From: a virus
Length of the DNA stretch: 64,000 nucleotides
Direction: 5' to 3' (one strand)
Virus record (IMG/VR): IMGVR_UViG_3300010160_000003
Location: 1-64,000 of that record
The notes below the pieces were generated by a model. That model ran no database searches, was not told the DNA's origin, and was given only the letters and a program-made list of their open reading frames with translations. Of this stretch, positions 1 through 10,802 are shown in pieces (positions within the stretch are counted from its first letter, which is position 1; each line of letters begins with the position of its first letter). Both the position numbers and the translations under genes were made by a program.

Positions 1-897
1 AGTTGTAGGGTGAACGTGGTCTGACCTAGCAGGAACAGTTGCAGTACCTGCTGAGGCTGAAGCGGCCAAAGCCGTACCTGTAGTAGCCGTTAATAGTGAA
101 CCAGCAAGGCCAGATGCGGAGATTGTTGATGTGGTAGATAACGCTCCTGCACCAGTTAAAGTTGCAGATAAAGTAGTTCCGCCATACCATTTAAATGAAT
201 GAGATGCTGAAGTAGGTACAGATACCCAATGTGTAAATCCCTCAACACCAATTGCATGGTCAACTGAAGCAGCAGCAACTGCTGGATATAAAACAATTTT
301 AGTTCCTGCTGAACGAGTAGTAAATGCGGGTGGTGCGCTACCATTTGTGTTAAAATCAATTCTATTACCAGTAGTGCCATTAAGGTAAATTTGACCACCA
401 GCATCTGCTGTGTTATTAGCAAGCGTTGATTGAACTTGACCAGTAAAAGTAGCACCAGCAGTTGCAGCCCTTGAAGTATCTGTTGGGTGTACGTGATCTC
501 CTCGTGCTGCAGTAGTTCCTGTTCCAACTGCTGCAGTCCCGTCTACTAAAGGTGTTGTTGAACTCAAACCTGTAATACTGTTAAAAGAAGTACCTGTTGC
601 TACACCTAATCCTGTATTTGCGTGAACGTGGTCTGCTCTAGCAACTGTAACTCCCGTCCCAACTGCTGCAGTTCCAAGGGCTGCTGGAGTTGTTGAACTG
701 AGTCCAGTAATAGAGTTAAATGAAGTTCCAGTAGCAACACCAAGAACGGGAGTTACTAAAGTAGGACTTGTTAAAGTTTTATTAGTTAAAGTAGATGTAG
801 AACTTTCAGTGACAACGTTTGAACTATTAACGGTGGCAGTTGCACCTTCTACTACTAGTCCATTTTTGACTATAAAATCTTTATTAGTTGTTGCCAC
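1..897 (-). CDS. Tail fibre protein, runs off the left edge (not in ORF track)
   Basis: GTG at 897 opens a stop-free frame MATTNKDFIVKNGLVVEGATATVNSSN..., paralogous to the N-terminus of 930-3002. Contains repeated LGVATGTSFNSITGLSSTTP and ARxDHVHP fibre motifs. Confidence 0.8.
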   Translation of the reverse strand, partial: MATTNKDFIVKNGLVVEGATATVNSSNVVTESSTSTLTNKTLTSPTLVTPVLGVATGTSFNSITGLSSTTPAALGTAAVGTGVTVARADHVHANTGLGVATGTSFNSITGLSSTTPLVDGTAAVGTGTTAARGDHVHPTDTSRAATAGATFTGQVQSTLANNTADAGGQIYLNGTTGNRIDFNTNGSAPPAFTTRSAGTKIVLYPAVAAASVDHAIGVEGFTHWVSVPTSASHSFKWYGGTTLSATLTGAGALSTTSTISASGLAGSLLTATTGTALAASASAGTATVPARSDHVHPTT

Positions 898-929
898 CGA
901 AGTTCCCTATCCCCTCGGGTATATCAAGA

Positions 930-3002
930 TTATGCTTCGATCAGCGTCTTGTATACCTTTACATCAGTACTTGCTGCTGCAGCAGTTACTTGAAGAAGAA
1001 CGTCTCCAGCACTGTAAATAGCATTAGTAGTTCCTAGTTGAGCATTGCTTATTACATCTGCATATTCTGTTAAATAAACATTGTTTGATCCATCAACTGT
1101 AACAAGTAGTTCAATTACCTCAATATCAGTACCTTTTTTCATTTGTACAATATATTTAGCAGATGAATAAGTAGTTGCTGACCATGTATCAATTGTAGTT
1201 GCTGAAGTTCCAGCAGTTGCTAGGGCAGAACCAACAAGGACATCTGCAAAAGTAACGCTTGTTGCTGCTGCTACACCAAGAGTTGGTGTAACAAAAGTTG
1301 GGCTAGTAGTAAATGCTACTGTTGAACTTCCTGATTCATCAGTTAATGCTGATGCAAGGTTTGCAGAAGAAGGAGTGGCTAAGAATGTTGCTACTCCAGT
1401 TCCAAGACCAGATACACCAGTTGAGATTGGAAGACCAGTTACATTTGTCATAACACCTGATGCTGGAGTTCCAAGAGCAGGAGTTACAAGAGTTGGACTA
1501 GTAGCAAATACTAATGCGCCAGTTCCAGTTTCATCTGTAATTGCTGAAATTAAGTTAGAACTAGATGGTGTTGCAAGGAATGTTGCTACACCAGTTCCAA
1601 GACCAGAAACATCGTTTCCAATTCTTACTGTAAGTGTATTACTTGCACCATTAATTGTCTTGTTTGTTAGAGTCTGTGTTGCTGCTGTCTCTAAGGTACC
1701 GTTTAGATAAAAAGCCTTACCAGAAGCAAGGTTAATATGATCAGAGAATGTCCATGCATCGGTTGCATCTACCCAGTTAATAGTCTTATCTGTAGCACCC
1801 TTAAGAGTAATACCACCACCATCAGCACCTGCATCTGTTGGGGTTGCTACTGAACCAAGTGTAATGTTCTTATCATCAACTGTGATTTCTGTTGAGTTAA
1901 TTGTAGTTGTTGTACCATTAACTGTTAAGTCCCCTGAAAGAGTCAAAGATGTACCAGTAGCAGCACCAATATCTGGTGTTACAAGTGTTGGGGTATTAGC
2001 AAAAACAAGTGCTCCAGAACCAGTCTCATCTGATAGTACTCCAGCAAGTTCTGCTGAAGAGGTTGCTGCAAAAGCACTTAACTTGTTATTTGTAAGAGCA
2101 ACAGTACCTGTAGCATCTGGGAAAGTAATAGTACGATCTGCTGTTGGATCTGTTACTGTAAGTGTTGTCTCAGATCCATCTGCAGTTGCACCTTCAAGAA
2201 CAATTGAACCATCTGAAAGATAAAGTCCTGAAACTGTTGGGCTTGTAAGTGTCTTATTTGTAAGAGTTTGTGTTGCACTATTTGTAGTAACTTCAACACC
2301 TTCAATAGTTACAACACCAGCACCAGATCTAGCAATAGTTGTATCTGATGCATGACCTAATTGAATACTTCCAAGGCCTAGTGCTGTAGTTGTTGATGAA
2401 GTAATTCCGCTAACTGGTAATCCAGTAGCATTGGTAAGTGTTCCAGAGGCTGGTGTTCCAAGTGCTGGAGAAGTAAAAGTTGGAGATGTAAGAGTTTTGT
2501 TTGTAAGAGTTTCTGTACCTGTAAGTGAAACAAAATCATCACCTGATAATGCTGTATTAAATTCAGCAAGTGTTCCTGAAACTGTGTTTGTTGTTAATGA
2601 AATAGATTTGTTTGTAAGTGTGTCAGTTGTATCTTTAAGAACTACAGTTCCTGTTGCATCTGGGAATGTAATTGTACGATCTGCTGCTGGATCTGTTACT
2701 GTAAGTGTTGTTTCAAAAGCGTCTGCAGTTGCACCTTCAAATATAATTGAAGTTTCAAATGAACCAGCAACTGGTGCTGGCGACCATTTTACTCCTGCTG
2801 CTTCTCCTGAATCTGCTGTAAGAACATATGTATTTGTTCCTACTGCTAATCTGACAACTGTGTTATCTGCGCTACCTACAAGCAAATCACCTTTTGCATC
2901 TACTTTGGCTTCTGTAAGAATATTTGAGTCATTAACAGTAGCAGTACTGCCTTCAACTACTAAGCCATGCTTAATCCGAAAATCTTTATTCACTGTTGCC
3001 AT
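930..3002 (-). CDS. Long tail fibre / minor tail protein
   Basis: 690 aa Thr/Gly/Ala-rich protein with [10 protein letters not shown] and [12 protein letters not shown] repeats and a KGDLLVG motif typical of phage fibres. Confidence 0.8.
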   Translation of the reverse strand: MATVNKDFRIKHGLVVEGSTATVNDSNILTEAKVDAKGDLLVGSADNTVVRLAVGTNTYVLTADSGEAAGVKWSPAPVAGSFETSIIFEGATADAFETTLTVTDPAADRTITFPDATGTVVLKDTTDTLTNKSISLTTNTVSGTLAEFNTALSGDDFVSLTGTETLTNKTLTSPTFTSPALGTPASGTLTNATGLPVSGITSSTTTALGLGSIQLGHASDTTIARSGAGVVTIEGVEVTTNSATQTLTNKTLTSPTVSGLYLSDGSIVLEGATADGSETTLTVTDPTADRTITFPDATGTVALTNNKLSAFAATSSAELAGVLSDETGSGALVFANTPTLVTPDIGAATGTSLTLSGDLTVNGTTTTINSTEITVDDKNITLGSVATPTDAGADGGGITLKGATDKTINWVDATDAWTFSDHINLASGKAFYLNGTLETAATQTLTNKTINGASNTLTVRIGNDVSGLGTGVATFLATPSSSNLISAITDETGTGALVFATSPTLVTPALGTPASGVMTNVTGLPISTGVSGLGTGVATFLATPSSANLASALTDESGSSTVAFTTSPTFVTPTLGVAAATSVTFADVLVGSALATAGTSATTIDTWSATTYSSAKYIVQMKKGTDIEVIELLVTVDGSNNVYLTEYADVISNAQLGTTNAIYSAGDVLLQVTAAAASTDVKVYKTLIEA

Positions 3003-3021
3003 AGTCTTTTCTCCTTTTATG

Positions 3022-3459
3022 CTAGGCTTTTAAGCCAGTCCTATAAAATCTGACAGTTATAGGACTGATTTGTGGTGTAACTCTCATACTGATTATACCA
3101 GAGTTTAGTGATGCTGTTATGATACCTATTTCTGACTCACTATTGGATACCGTTCCAAATTCTGTGATATTGGTATCCGTTCCATCAAAAACTACGACTA
3201 ACTCTGTGCTTTTAAACTTTTCAGTTGAGGTTTTTGACATTTGAATCAAATATTTAACTGTTCTAAACACCGATGTATCAATTGTGTCAAATGTGGTTAT
3301 ATTTTCTATGCCATTAATAGTAGATGAGTTATTTCCATCCGCACCTAAAGAATCTGCACTGAATGCCGTTGTATCAATTAAGTCTTCATAGTCTTGTTGA
3401 GATGGCCTATCCCCTGTCTGAAAAAGTGCTTTTAGGGTATTTATTGATATAATGGCCAT
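3022..3459 (-). CDS. Virion structural protein (tail-associated)
   Basis: N-terminal [21 protein letters not shown] motif; C-terminal domain resembles the C-terminus of 930-3002 (TFDTIDT...KYLIQM). Confidence 0.55.
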   Translation of the reverse strand: MAIISINTLKALFQTGDRPSQQDYEDLIDTTAFSADSLGADGNNSSTINGIENITTFDTIDTSVFRTVKYLIQMSKTSTEKFKSTELVVVFDGTDTNITEFGTVSNSESEIGIITASLNSGIISMRVTPQISPITVRFYRTGLKA

Positions 3460-3480
3460 ATCGTTGATTATATCATAACA

Positions 3481-3819
3481 TTAAAGTATATAGTTAGATA
3501 AACCAATTAATTGTATTCCAATTCCTGGGGGATTTGAAGGACTATATCCCTGAATACCAATATTAGTTATACTTACCATAAATGGCAATATTGATGTTGC
3601 CGTAATTGTTGCTGGATAGTCTGCAGTTGTTAAAGTTTCAACAGATCCTAGTGATATGTTTTGAACTGTTGGCAATATTGCAATTGTTGCCGCTGTAATT
3701 ATTAAACCAATATTTGAAATTAATGAAGAGTGCGTGGGTATTGCTGCTGCTGTTATTGTTGGTTTTATGTCAGATACAGTTTGGCTTCTGCCAATATCAG
3801 TTATATTGGTTGTTGCCAT
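3481..3819 (-). CDS. Hypothetical structural protein
   Basis: ORF within the tail operon. Confidence 0.5.
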   Translation of the reverse strand: MATTNITDIGRSQTVSDIKPTITAAAIPTHSSLISNIGLIITAATIAILPTVQNISLGSVETLTTADYPATITATSILPFMVSITNIGIQGYSPSNPPGIGIQLIGLSNYIL

Positions 3820-3821
3820 AA

Positions 3822-4283
3822 TTAACTTACTTCGTCTTGTTCTGTAACTTCACCAATCATAATCATCTCGCCCTGACAAACCGTCCAAACACGAGAAAGA
3901 ACATCATCTCTTAATTGAATATCAAAGACATCACCTGTTCTTAAAACTTTAGACTGTGAAGGGGATAGCGTAACTGTAAACTCTCCAGGACCATCAAATT
4001 CTGTTTGGTCTGGGTAAATTGTAAAAAGTATATCGTCTCCAACGTTGTCAGAGTATCGTCTAAACTCTCCCTTAATGTCCCAACCAGTTATATCTCCAGT
4101 AGAGGTTGTATCATAGTCTAACTCCTCTCCTTCATCATCTTCAACATAAATTCTAAAAGAAGCACTATCGCCAACAACACAGGTCCAGTTAACAAGTGGA
4201 GGTATATTTCCAATACTGTATGTTGCAGGAGCAGTTGGTTGAGGATCTAATGAAGTCTCATTGGGGTTTCTATATGTAGCCAT
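3822..4283 (-). CDS. BppU-like baseplate/tail adaptor protein
   Basis: VGDSASF...TVTLSPSQS...VFDIQL...QGEM pattern of BppU N-terminal-like domains. Confidence 0.55.
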   Translation of the reverse strand: MATYRNPNETSLDPQPTAPATYSIGNIPPLVNWTCVVGDSASFRIYVEDDEGEELDYDTTSTGDITGWDIKGEFRRYSDNVGDDILFTIYPDQTEFDGPGEFTVTLSPSQSKVLRTGDVFDIQLRDDVLSRVWTVCQGEMIMIGEVTEQDEVS

Positions 4284-4436
4284 TGTTAAATTATACCATT
4301 AAGTAAGTTCATTTTTCAATACCCTCCCAAAGTTGTCTTGCCATCATATCTCCTTAGTATAATTATTATTCTGTTTTATCTATGGCATCATCTATATCCC
4401 GCGCAAGCGGTACTAACTCAGTTAAGAGTGTGTCCA

Positions 4437-4598
4437 CTACTGTTGTTCGGCTGCTATTTGTTCAAGGCGCATTGTAGCCCAATTCAGGGCTGCTTCTTCA
4501 TACTCTTCAGGTGACAGTTGATATTCCTCACCGTTTATTGTTGCAGTCATTACTGGATGCTCTGCCTTGCATTGGGCAATTAGTTCTTCAAGTGTCAT
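4437..4598 (-). CDS. Small tail-fibre partner / assembly chaperone-like protein (53 aa)
   Basis: ATG overlaps the stop of 4598-5590; MTLEELIAQCKAEHPVMTATINGEEYQLSPEEYEEAALNWA... Confidence 0.55.
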   Translation of the reverse strand: MTLEELIAQCKAEHPVMTATINGEEYQLSPEEYEEAALNWATMRLEQIAAEQQ

Positions 4599-5590
4599 TA
4601 TGCCGCCTCATAGTTAAAGTTGAATTGGAAAGCATCGTTTGTAGTCCAAGTCATCGGAGTAGTTGAGTTTGAATATGCTGAAGTTACATAAGTTCCAGCA
4701 GAGTTTTGAGCCTTCAAGCCCACCTGTGTTGTTGAGTTAAAGAACGCACTTCCCAAAAAGATGGTGGACGGCGATGCATCATAGATGCCAGCCGCGTAAT
4801 TGCCAATGTTAGATGTATTGGCTCCTGTTACGGGCAGAGATGCGTAAATGATTCCTGTTACTGAAGAAGTCGAACCAAGAGTAACTATAATGTTCACAAA
4901 TACAACTTTACCAATTTGTGCATAACGCGAAGTTACGCTGCCATTTCCAACGGTAAAGTTTGTCCAAGTTGGAGTGTAGTTTGCCCAAGCAGTACCTGTT
5001 TGAATATTAACACCTTCAATAGACACAACACCAGCAGAAACTCTAGCAATAGTTGTATCAGTAGCATGACCTAATTCAATACTACCTACTCCAATTGCTG
5101 CAGAAGTTGATGCAGTAATACCGCTTACTGGTAATCCTGTAGCATTTGTAAGTGTTCCAGAGGCTGGAGTTCCAAGTGCACCACCTGATACAAGTATATT
5201 GTTTCCTTCAATAGACACAACACCAGCAGAAACTCTAGCAATAGTGGTGTCAGTTGCGTGACCTAACTCAACACTTCCAACACCAAGGGCTGTCGTAGTT
5301 GAAGCAGTTAAGCCAGCAATAGGTAAGCCAGTTGCACTAGTTAATGTACCACTAGATGGTGTACCAAGTGCCCCACCGTTAACTACGGGAGCACCCGCAG
5401 TACCAACGTTAACGCCCAAGGCTGTAGCAACACCAGTACCTAGTCCTGAAATGCCAGTTGAGATTGGAATATCAGCATTTAAAACATTTTCTATACGTTC
5501 TGCTAATGACTGAATATCTTCATGTACATTTACAGGGTCAGTTAAAACGGGATAAGGAAAATTATAAGTTGTAGTTACACCAGTAGCCAT
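4598..5590 (-). CDS. Tail fibre / receptor-binding protein
   Basis: Two ALGVGSxELGHATDTTIARVSAG modules, then a C-terminal WANYTPTW...RYAQIGKVVFV...SLPV receptor-binding-type domain. Confidence 0.75.
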   Translation of the reverse strand: MATGVTTTYNFPYPVLTDPVNVHEDIQSLAERIENVLNADIPISTGISGLGTGVATALGVNVGTAGAPVVNGGALGTPSSGTLTSATGLPIAGLTASTTTALGVGSVELGHATDTTIARVSAGVVSIEGNNILVSGGALGTPASGTLTNATGLPVSGITASTSAAIGVGSIELGHATDTTIARVSAGVVSIEGVNIQTGTAWANYTPTWTNFTVGNGSVTSRYAQIGKVVFVNIIVTLGSTSSVTGIIYASLPVTGANTSNIGNYAAGIYDASPSTIFLGSAFFNSTTQVGLKAQNSAGTYVTSAYSNSTTPMTWTTNDAFQFNFNYEAA

Positions 5591-5656
5591 AATACTTATT
5601 ATTATACCACTTTCCCACGTAGAAATTAAAAGTTTACTAAAATGTTACCTAAAGTT

Positions 5657-5710
5657 TGACTTTGATGGCAAATTCATGTTATAATTAATATATGCTACCA
5701 ACAGGTAGCA
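5657..5710 (+). promoter_or_regulatory. sigmaA-type promoter and leader hairpin of the transglycosylase gene
   Basis: TTGACT-N17-TATAAT with extended TG; hairpin TGCTACC-AACA-GGTAGCA; AGGAGG Shine-Dalgarno downstream. Confidence 0.65.
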
Positions 5711-5736
5711 ATTTTACTCTCTAGGAGGTTATTATT

Positions 5737-6282
5737 ATGAGAAGAGATAAAAAGGCTTGGATTGGAATCCTAGCAATGGTTGGAGTTGTAGCACCATTTA
5801 GCAACTTTGCCAATGCATCAACTACTGAAAACAATTTACTAATTAAACAGGCTGAAAACCCTGATGCCACCCACAAGGTGGCTTTTGTTGTTTCTAAAGC
5901 AAAAATGTTAGAACGTTATGAAAATGAAACAAACCTTACGGATATTGAATTAAAGAAGTTGCTTTCTTTGGTGGGATTTAAAGGCAACGACTTAGTAGTA
6001 GCCTGGGCTATTGCTAAGAAAGAATCTAATGGTCGTCCCTTAGCATTTAATGGAAACCATAAGACTGGGGACTCCTCATATGGAATGTTCCAAATTAATA
6101 TGATTGATACATTGGGTCCAGATCGTAGAGATAAATTTGATCTTGATTCTAACGCTGAACTATTTAATCCCGTCAAAAATGCGGAGATTGCATACTATAT
6201 GTCTAATGGTGGGGACGACTGGTCTTCTTGGAAGGGCATTACTCCAAAGACAAAAGAATGGATGAAAAAGTTTCCTAAATAA
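5737..6282 (+). CDS. Secreted lysozyme-like lytic transglycosylase (SLT/Rpf-like)
   Basis: Signal peptide ending ANA; catalytic AIAKKES, GMFQIN and WSSW motifs. Confidence 0.8.
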   Translation: MRRDKKAWIGILAMVGVVAPFSNFANASTTENNLLIKQAENPDATHKVAFVVSKAKMLERYENETNLTDIELKKLLSLVGFKGNDLVVAWAIAKKESNGRPLAFNGNHKTGDSSYGMFQINMIDTLGPDRRDKFDLDSNAELFNPVKNAEIAYYMSNGGDDWSSWKGITPKTKEWMKKFPK

Positions 6283-6293
6283 CATTTTGTTAT

Positions 6294-6335
6294 AAAAAAA
6301 ATACCCTTACCTTTATGGTAGGGGTTATTTTTTAT
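6294..6335. terminator. Bidirectional intrinsic terminator
   Basis: A-tract, stem ACCCTTACC/GGTAGGGGT, T-tract between convergent genes. Confidence 0.65.
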
Positions 6336-6436
6336 GGTTTTAAGGTTTAAACTTTTGATATTTTATCTATATGATCATTTATATTATGCTCAAACGGGAC
6401 TAAATTAATTAAAAGTGTGTCTACTATTGATTTATA

Positions 6437-7234
6437 TTAATAAAATTGAATGTTACCTGTACCTGCAGTAAATGTTGTTACTTTAATATTCCCAGGAATC
6501 ATTGGTAGGGAAGTTGAACTAGTTAACCCATCTCCTATAGAAATTTTAAAATCATCTGAGTATCTAAGAATAACAACACCAGAACCACCATCGCCACCTG
6601 AACTAGAAGTAGAACCGCCACCACCGCCGCCAGTATTAGCAGTTCCAGCCGTACCAGCACCAAAACTACCACCAGCACCACCACCACCAGTGCCGCCAGT
6701 ACCACCAGTAAAGTTAGAAGCAGCACCACCACCACCTGCACGTGTTATGGAAGTACCAGTGATTGAGGAGGCTAGACCGTTACCACCGTTTTTACTACCA
6801 TCTACTCCTGCAGCACCAGCACCGCCACCACCGCCAGGAACTAGATAAGTGTTTCCACCGCCTACATTTCCTTGGCCAGAAGTTCCAGAACCAGGAGTTT
6901 GATTGGAACCACCACCGCCACCAGAACCACCGTTAACACCAGCAAGAGAATTACCTCCACCGCCACCGCCACCAACTGTAGATATAGTGTCAAATATAGA
7001 AGATTGGCCATTATTGCCAACACTGCCACTAGAGTTACCAGTACCACCAGCGCCAACTGTAACTGTATAGTTATTACCAGTTGTAATTGAATAACCTGTT
7101 GCTGTTAAATAACCACCACCACCACCACCACCACCAGTAGTACCGCCACCTTCACCACCACCTGCAATGACAAGGTATTCAAGTGTTGTTATTGTACGTG
7201 CACCTTTACTTGCTATGATTCCAAATATTGGCAT
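6437..7234 (-). CDS. Glycine-rich tail/virion protein
   Basis: EYLVIAGGG...YTVTVGAGG...GGSGVVILRY motifs; likely start MPIFGIIAS overlapping the upstream stop. Confidence 0.75.
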   Translation of the reverse strand: MPIFGIIASKGARTITTLEYLVIAGGGEGGGTTGGGGGGGGYLTATGYSITTGNNYTVTVGAGGTGNSSGSVGNNGQSSIFDTISTVGGGGGGGNSLAGVNGGSGGGGGSNQTPGSGTSGQGNVGGGNTYLVPGGGGGAGAAGVDGSKNGGNGLASSITGTSITRAGGGGAASNFTGGTGGTGGGGAGGSFGAGTAGTANTGGGGGGSTSSSGGDGGSGVVILRYSDDFKISIGDGLTSSTSLPMIPGNIKVTTFTAGTGNIQFY

Positions 7235-9216
7235 TAGACAATATCTCCAAACACATACCATGTATCTGTATTTGTTTTTAACAACGTAGCCGTTGAATAT
7301 GCAGTACGCATTTTAGGAGATGCAGCAGTTGCGCCATTGCTAAGTATACCTGTAGTACCAGGAGTTGTTGCTGTAACAGTTAACTGCCCTGTACCAGTTT
7401 GCATAATATGAATCTGTGTACCAATAGCAAATGCTACAGAAGCGTTAGTTGGAATGTTAATAGTTCCAGCAGTTGTACTGTTAGAAGCAAGAAGAAACTT
7501 ACCAGCATCTCCTACTACCAAAGTATAAACGTTAGTAGTAAATGTAGGAGCAGCGGTAGCCTGTGTTATTACAGGAGTAACTAAAGTTTTATTGCTAAGG
7601 CTGTTTGCTGCAGAAATAGTATCTACAGTAACGCCTTCAACAGATATAACACCAGCAGAAACCCTAGCAATGGTTGTATCAGTAGCATGTCCAAGTTCAA
7701 TGCTTCCAACACCAAGGGCTGTAGCAGTTGAAGCAACTAAACCAGCAATAGGTAAACCAGTAGCATTGGTAAGCGTTCCACCAGATGGTGTGCCAAGTGT
7801 ACCACCTGATACAAGTATATTGTTTCCTTCAATAGATACAACACCAGCAGAAACTCTAGCAATAGTTGTATCAGTAGCATGTCCTAATTCAATACTGCCT
7901 ACACCAAGTGCTGTTACGGTTGAAGCAACTAAACCAGCAATGGGAAGACCACTAGCATTAGTTAATGTACCGCTTGATGGTGTACCTAACGCTCCGCCAT
8001 TTATTACTGGAGCACCTGCAGTGCCTGTATTAACGGCAAGTGCTGTGGCAATACCAGTACCTAAACCAGTAATAGAACCAATTGCAAGAGAACTGGTGCT
8101 ATCATAATCCCAGTCAGCAGCGGTAGTTAATGTAGTACCAATACACGTAAATATTAATGATGCGTTTGAAGCAACCGTAGAAATAGTATTTAAACCAGAA
8201 GACTGTACAGTTACAGTACCAGTTGAATTATTAACAATACGATAACTCATACCCGTAACAAGTGTACTTGTAACTGGAAGAACTATTGTTTGTGTAGTGG
8301 TACCAGTAAAAAATTGTTGATTGGCAGAGGCAGATGTTAAAGTTGTTGTACCAGCAGCAGTTGCTGTAGTTGCATATCCTAGTTTTAAGTTGTTAATTAC
8401 TGGAAGAGTAATTGTAGGACCTGTTCCAAGAACAATTCCGCCTGAGCCAGTAACGGCTACGCCAAGTGCAGTAACTACACCAGTACCAGCAGAAGCAAGG
8501 TTTCCAACAGTGTAACCAGTAGTGTTAGTTAGAGTACCTGATGTTGGTGTTCCCAAGACAGCACCATTAGGGATAGTTACTGTTCCAGTAAATGTAGGAC
8601 TAGCCAGTGGTGCCCTAGATGTATCGCTTGGGTGAACGTGGTCTGCTTTAGCAACTGTTGTTAGAGAACCAATTGCAGCAGTTCCATCCATAACAGGTGT
8701 TGTTGAACTTAATGCAGTAATGCTATTAAATGAAGTTCCTGTTGCAACACCAAGAGAAGGTCCTATCAAAACAGGATTAGTATCAACGACAAACTTAGTA
8801 CCAGTACCAGTCTGAGATGCAATAGATGTGGCTGCACCAACAGATGTAATTGGACCAGTTAAGTTGGTAGGAGCAGCCCATTTAACTCCAAGAGTTTGAG
8901 TTGAGTCTGCAGTAAGCACATAGTTATTTGATCCAACTGTAAGATTATCTACTGCATTATTTGCGGAACCAATAAGTAAATCACCTTTTGCATCAATGAT
9001 ATTAACATCTACTGGAGTAATAGCAGTAATTTGAGTTTGCAGATTGTTTAATGTATATGCAATTGATGGGTTTACAAGGTTTGCAACATTTGTATTTGTG
9101 GTGTCATATGTTGCAGATCCATAATGATATAATCTAAGTGCTACTTGAACGTCGGCATTATCAGCATATCCTGGTATTTTTGTGGAATAAATTGCTCCAA
9201 TAGATTCTATTGCCAT
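7234..9216 (-). CDS. Tail fibre protein
   Basis: 660 aa; KGDLLIG, ADHVHP and two ELGHATDTTIARVSAG modules; C-terminal AFAIGTQI...TWYVFGD domain. Confidence 0.8.
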   Translation of the reverse strand: MAIESIGAIYSTKIPGYADNADVQVALRLYHYGSATYDTTNTNVANLVNPSIAYTLNNLQTQITAITPVDVNIIDAKGDLLIGSANNAVDNLTVGSNNYVLTADSTQTLGVKWAAPTNLTGPITSVGAATSIASQTGTGTKFVVDTNPVLIGPSLGVATGTSFNSITALSSTTPVMDGTAAIGSLTTVAKADHVHPSDTSRAPLASPTFTGTVTIPNGAVLGTPTSGTLTNTTGYTVGNLASAGTGVVTALGVAVTGSGGIVLGTGPTITLPVINNLKLGYATTATAAGTTTLTSASANQQFFTGTTTQTIVLPVTSTLVTGMSYRIVNNSTGTVTVQSSGLNTISTVASNASLIFTCIGTTLTTAADWDYDSTSSLAIGSITGLGTGIATALAVNTGTAGAPVINGGALGTPSSGTLTNASGLPIAGLVASTVTALGVGSIELGHATDTTIARVSAGVVSIEGNNILVSGGTLGTPSGGTLTNATGLPIAGLVASTATALGVGSIELGHATDTTIARVSAGVISVEGVTVDTISAANSLSNKTLVTPVITQATAAPTFTTNVYTLVVGDAGKFLLASNSTTAGTINIPTNASVAFAIGTQIHIMQTGTGQLTVTATTPGTTGILSNGATAASPKMRTAYSTATLLKTNTDTWYVFGDIV

Positions 9217-9234
9217 GTCATTTCACCGTATTCC

Positions 9235-9798
9235 TTATGTCACAACTGAAATAAATAAATGAACAGAAGTCTCTGCATCAAAGGCTCCCCATGTGCCATC
9301 ATATTCTGAGGCTTGAAGGTTAATAACAAGGTCTAATCCAGATATTTCAATTGAAAAAATAGATGAGGCTAAAGGGTTTGCATTGACTATTGAGTATTGT
9401 GCACTAAAGTTTTCTGCAGTTAAACCAGTAACGTCTGTTATATCTGTGATTGGAATTAAAATTGTTCCGCTTCCAATATCAGAACTTGTTCCTGATGCAA
9501 AAGTGACTGTATGTTTTTTTGAATAAATTGAGGTAGCAATTTTTAAAACCTCAATCCAAGTTTCTCCACCAGGCTCTGAAACATACTGATATAAATATCC
9601 ATACTCTGATCCCGTTGCTGAGTTAATATACAAATCACTTAATATTGGATCTAATGATCCATTTGAATTTGGATCTCCAACACCTACAAAAAACTTACTA
9701 CCTCTTGTTCCAGTTGGACCAATATCAACTAATAGTTCAATGACTTCTGGTCCAGATAAAACCGTTAGTTCATCATTTGATAATACTACATCTGGCAT
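9235..9798 (-). CDS. Minor tail/baseplate protein
   Basis: GPTGTRGS collagen-like triplet and DLYINS motif; position in tail operon. Confidence 0.55.
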   Translation of the reverse strand: MPDVVLSNDELTVLSGPEVIELLVDIGPTGTRGSKFFVGVGDPNSNGSLDPILSDLYINSATGSEYGYLYQYVSEPGGETWIEVLKIATSIYSKKHTVTFASGTSSDIGSGTILIPITDITDVTGLTAENFSAQYSIVNANPLASSIFSIEISGLDLVINLQASEYDGTWGAFDAETSVHLFISVVT

Positions 9799-10151
9799 TA
9801 AACTGCTCCAGTTATATCATCTGTTACTGAAATTGATCCAGTCAGAAGTGTAAAAATAACACCTGATCCATTATCAATTTGAAGGTCATAAACATACGTT
9901 GTCCCAGGAGAAAGTTCTCTTCCCTGTGCTCCAGTAATTGTACAGGTAATAATATTATTTGTTGCGTCAATATCAGCAGTTGCGCCAATCTGAGTTCCAG
10001 TGCTACCACGCCTATTTGCTATTGTAAAGGTTTCGCTGCCTTCATAAGCAGCAAGGTCAAAGGCTTCTCCATTTTGACTTTTTGGACGGACAATAAATTG
10101 ATAAGTGTCGCCACGATAATAACTAAAACTATATGTACCTGGAAATGCCAT
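9798..10151 (-). CDS. BppU-like baseplate protein
   Basis: YRGDTYQF...YVYDLQI...LLTGSISV pattern. Confidence 0.6.
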   Translation of the reverse strand: MAFPGTYSFSYYRGDTYQFIVRPKSQNGEAFDLAAYEGSETFTIANRRGSTGTQIGATADIDATNNIITCTITGAQGRELSPGTTYVYDLQIDNGSGVIFTLLTGSISVTDDITGAV

Positions 10152-10304
10152 TATTCCTCCTAAGTTTATTATACCATTAAGACACGTTTACATACATACC
10201 TTTTTGACATAAATTATTTGACTACTTTGATTGTGTTCTGTAAACCTTTGTTCCAACTTTAATTACAGGAGGTATATTTACTTGGGCTGGAGTTACTTTT
10301 ATTA

Positions 10305-10721
10305 TCATAACGTACCGCTGACATCGCCTATTACGCAAATTGTTCCAATAACGGGAGTCCACTTGCTAACTTCATCTCCACCACCACCTGAGACACCATC
10401 TCCAGGAATTGTGACCTGAAGATCAAACCTTAACTCTGCAACAACTGGTTTATATTTTCCAAGACCCCAGTTCTTTGTAATAGTGCTATTTGCAATAATA
10501 TAAACAACACCGTCTCCATAAGACTCTACCTTTAGTAAATCCAGAGCATCTGATACTGGATCATAGGATGTTGCTACAAATGCCCAAGCGGTAGTCTCAT
10601 ATGGGGTGACTTCATCATCTTCAAAAAACTCTACCTTAAGAGTTGCCGTATCTCCACGAACAACGTTCCATTGAATATTGGCTGGTGTTGCACCAAGTTT
10701 TTCGGTTGTAGTAGTACACAT
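10305..10721 (-). CDS. BppU-like baseplate protein
   Basis: VVRGDTATL...FDLQV...GTI pattern, paralogous to 3822-4283. Confidence 0.55.
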   Translation of the reverse strand: MCTTTTEKLGATPANIQWNVVRGDTATLKVEFFEDDEVTPYETTAWAFVATSYDPVSDALDLLKVESYGDGVVYIIANSTITKNWGLGKYKPVVAELRFDLQVTIPGDGVSGGGGDEVSKWTPVIGTICVIGDVSGTL

Positions 10722-10744
10722 AATATTAGATTATACCATAATTA

Positions 10745-10802
10745 AAGGCTGGACACCCTTGATGCCGTTGGATGGGGGGGGTAGCAACCAAGAGTGCCAG
10801 CA
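10745..10802 (-). ncRNA. Candidate ~60 nt small RNA hairpin with C-rich loop
   Basis: TGTTATAAT immediately upstream; stem GCTGG-CACTCTTG / CAAGGGTG-T-CCAGC; C8 run in the loop; short U-tract after. Confidence 0.4.

Noticed and set aside
809-8515. Plus-strand ORFs antisense to the tail fibres (also 47533-48828 and similar)
   Set aside because: Shadow frames of low-complexity genes on the opposite strand.
4598-9216. Diversity-generating retroelement in fibre repeats
   Set aside because: Repeats are in-frame coding modules with mostly synonymous differences; no adenine-specific pattern noticed and no reverse transcriptase in the window.
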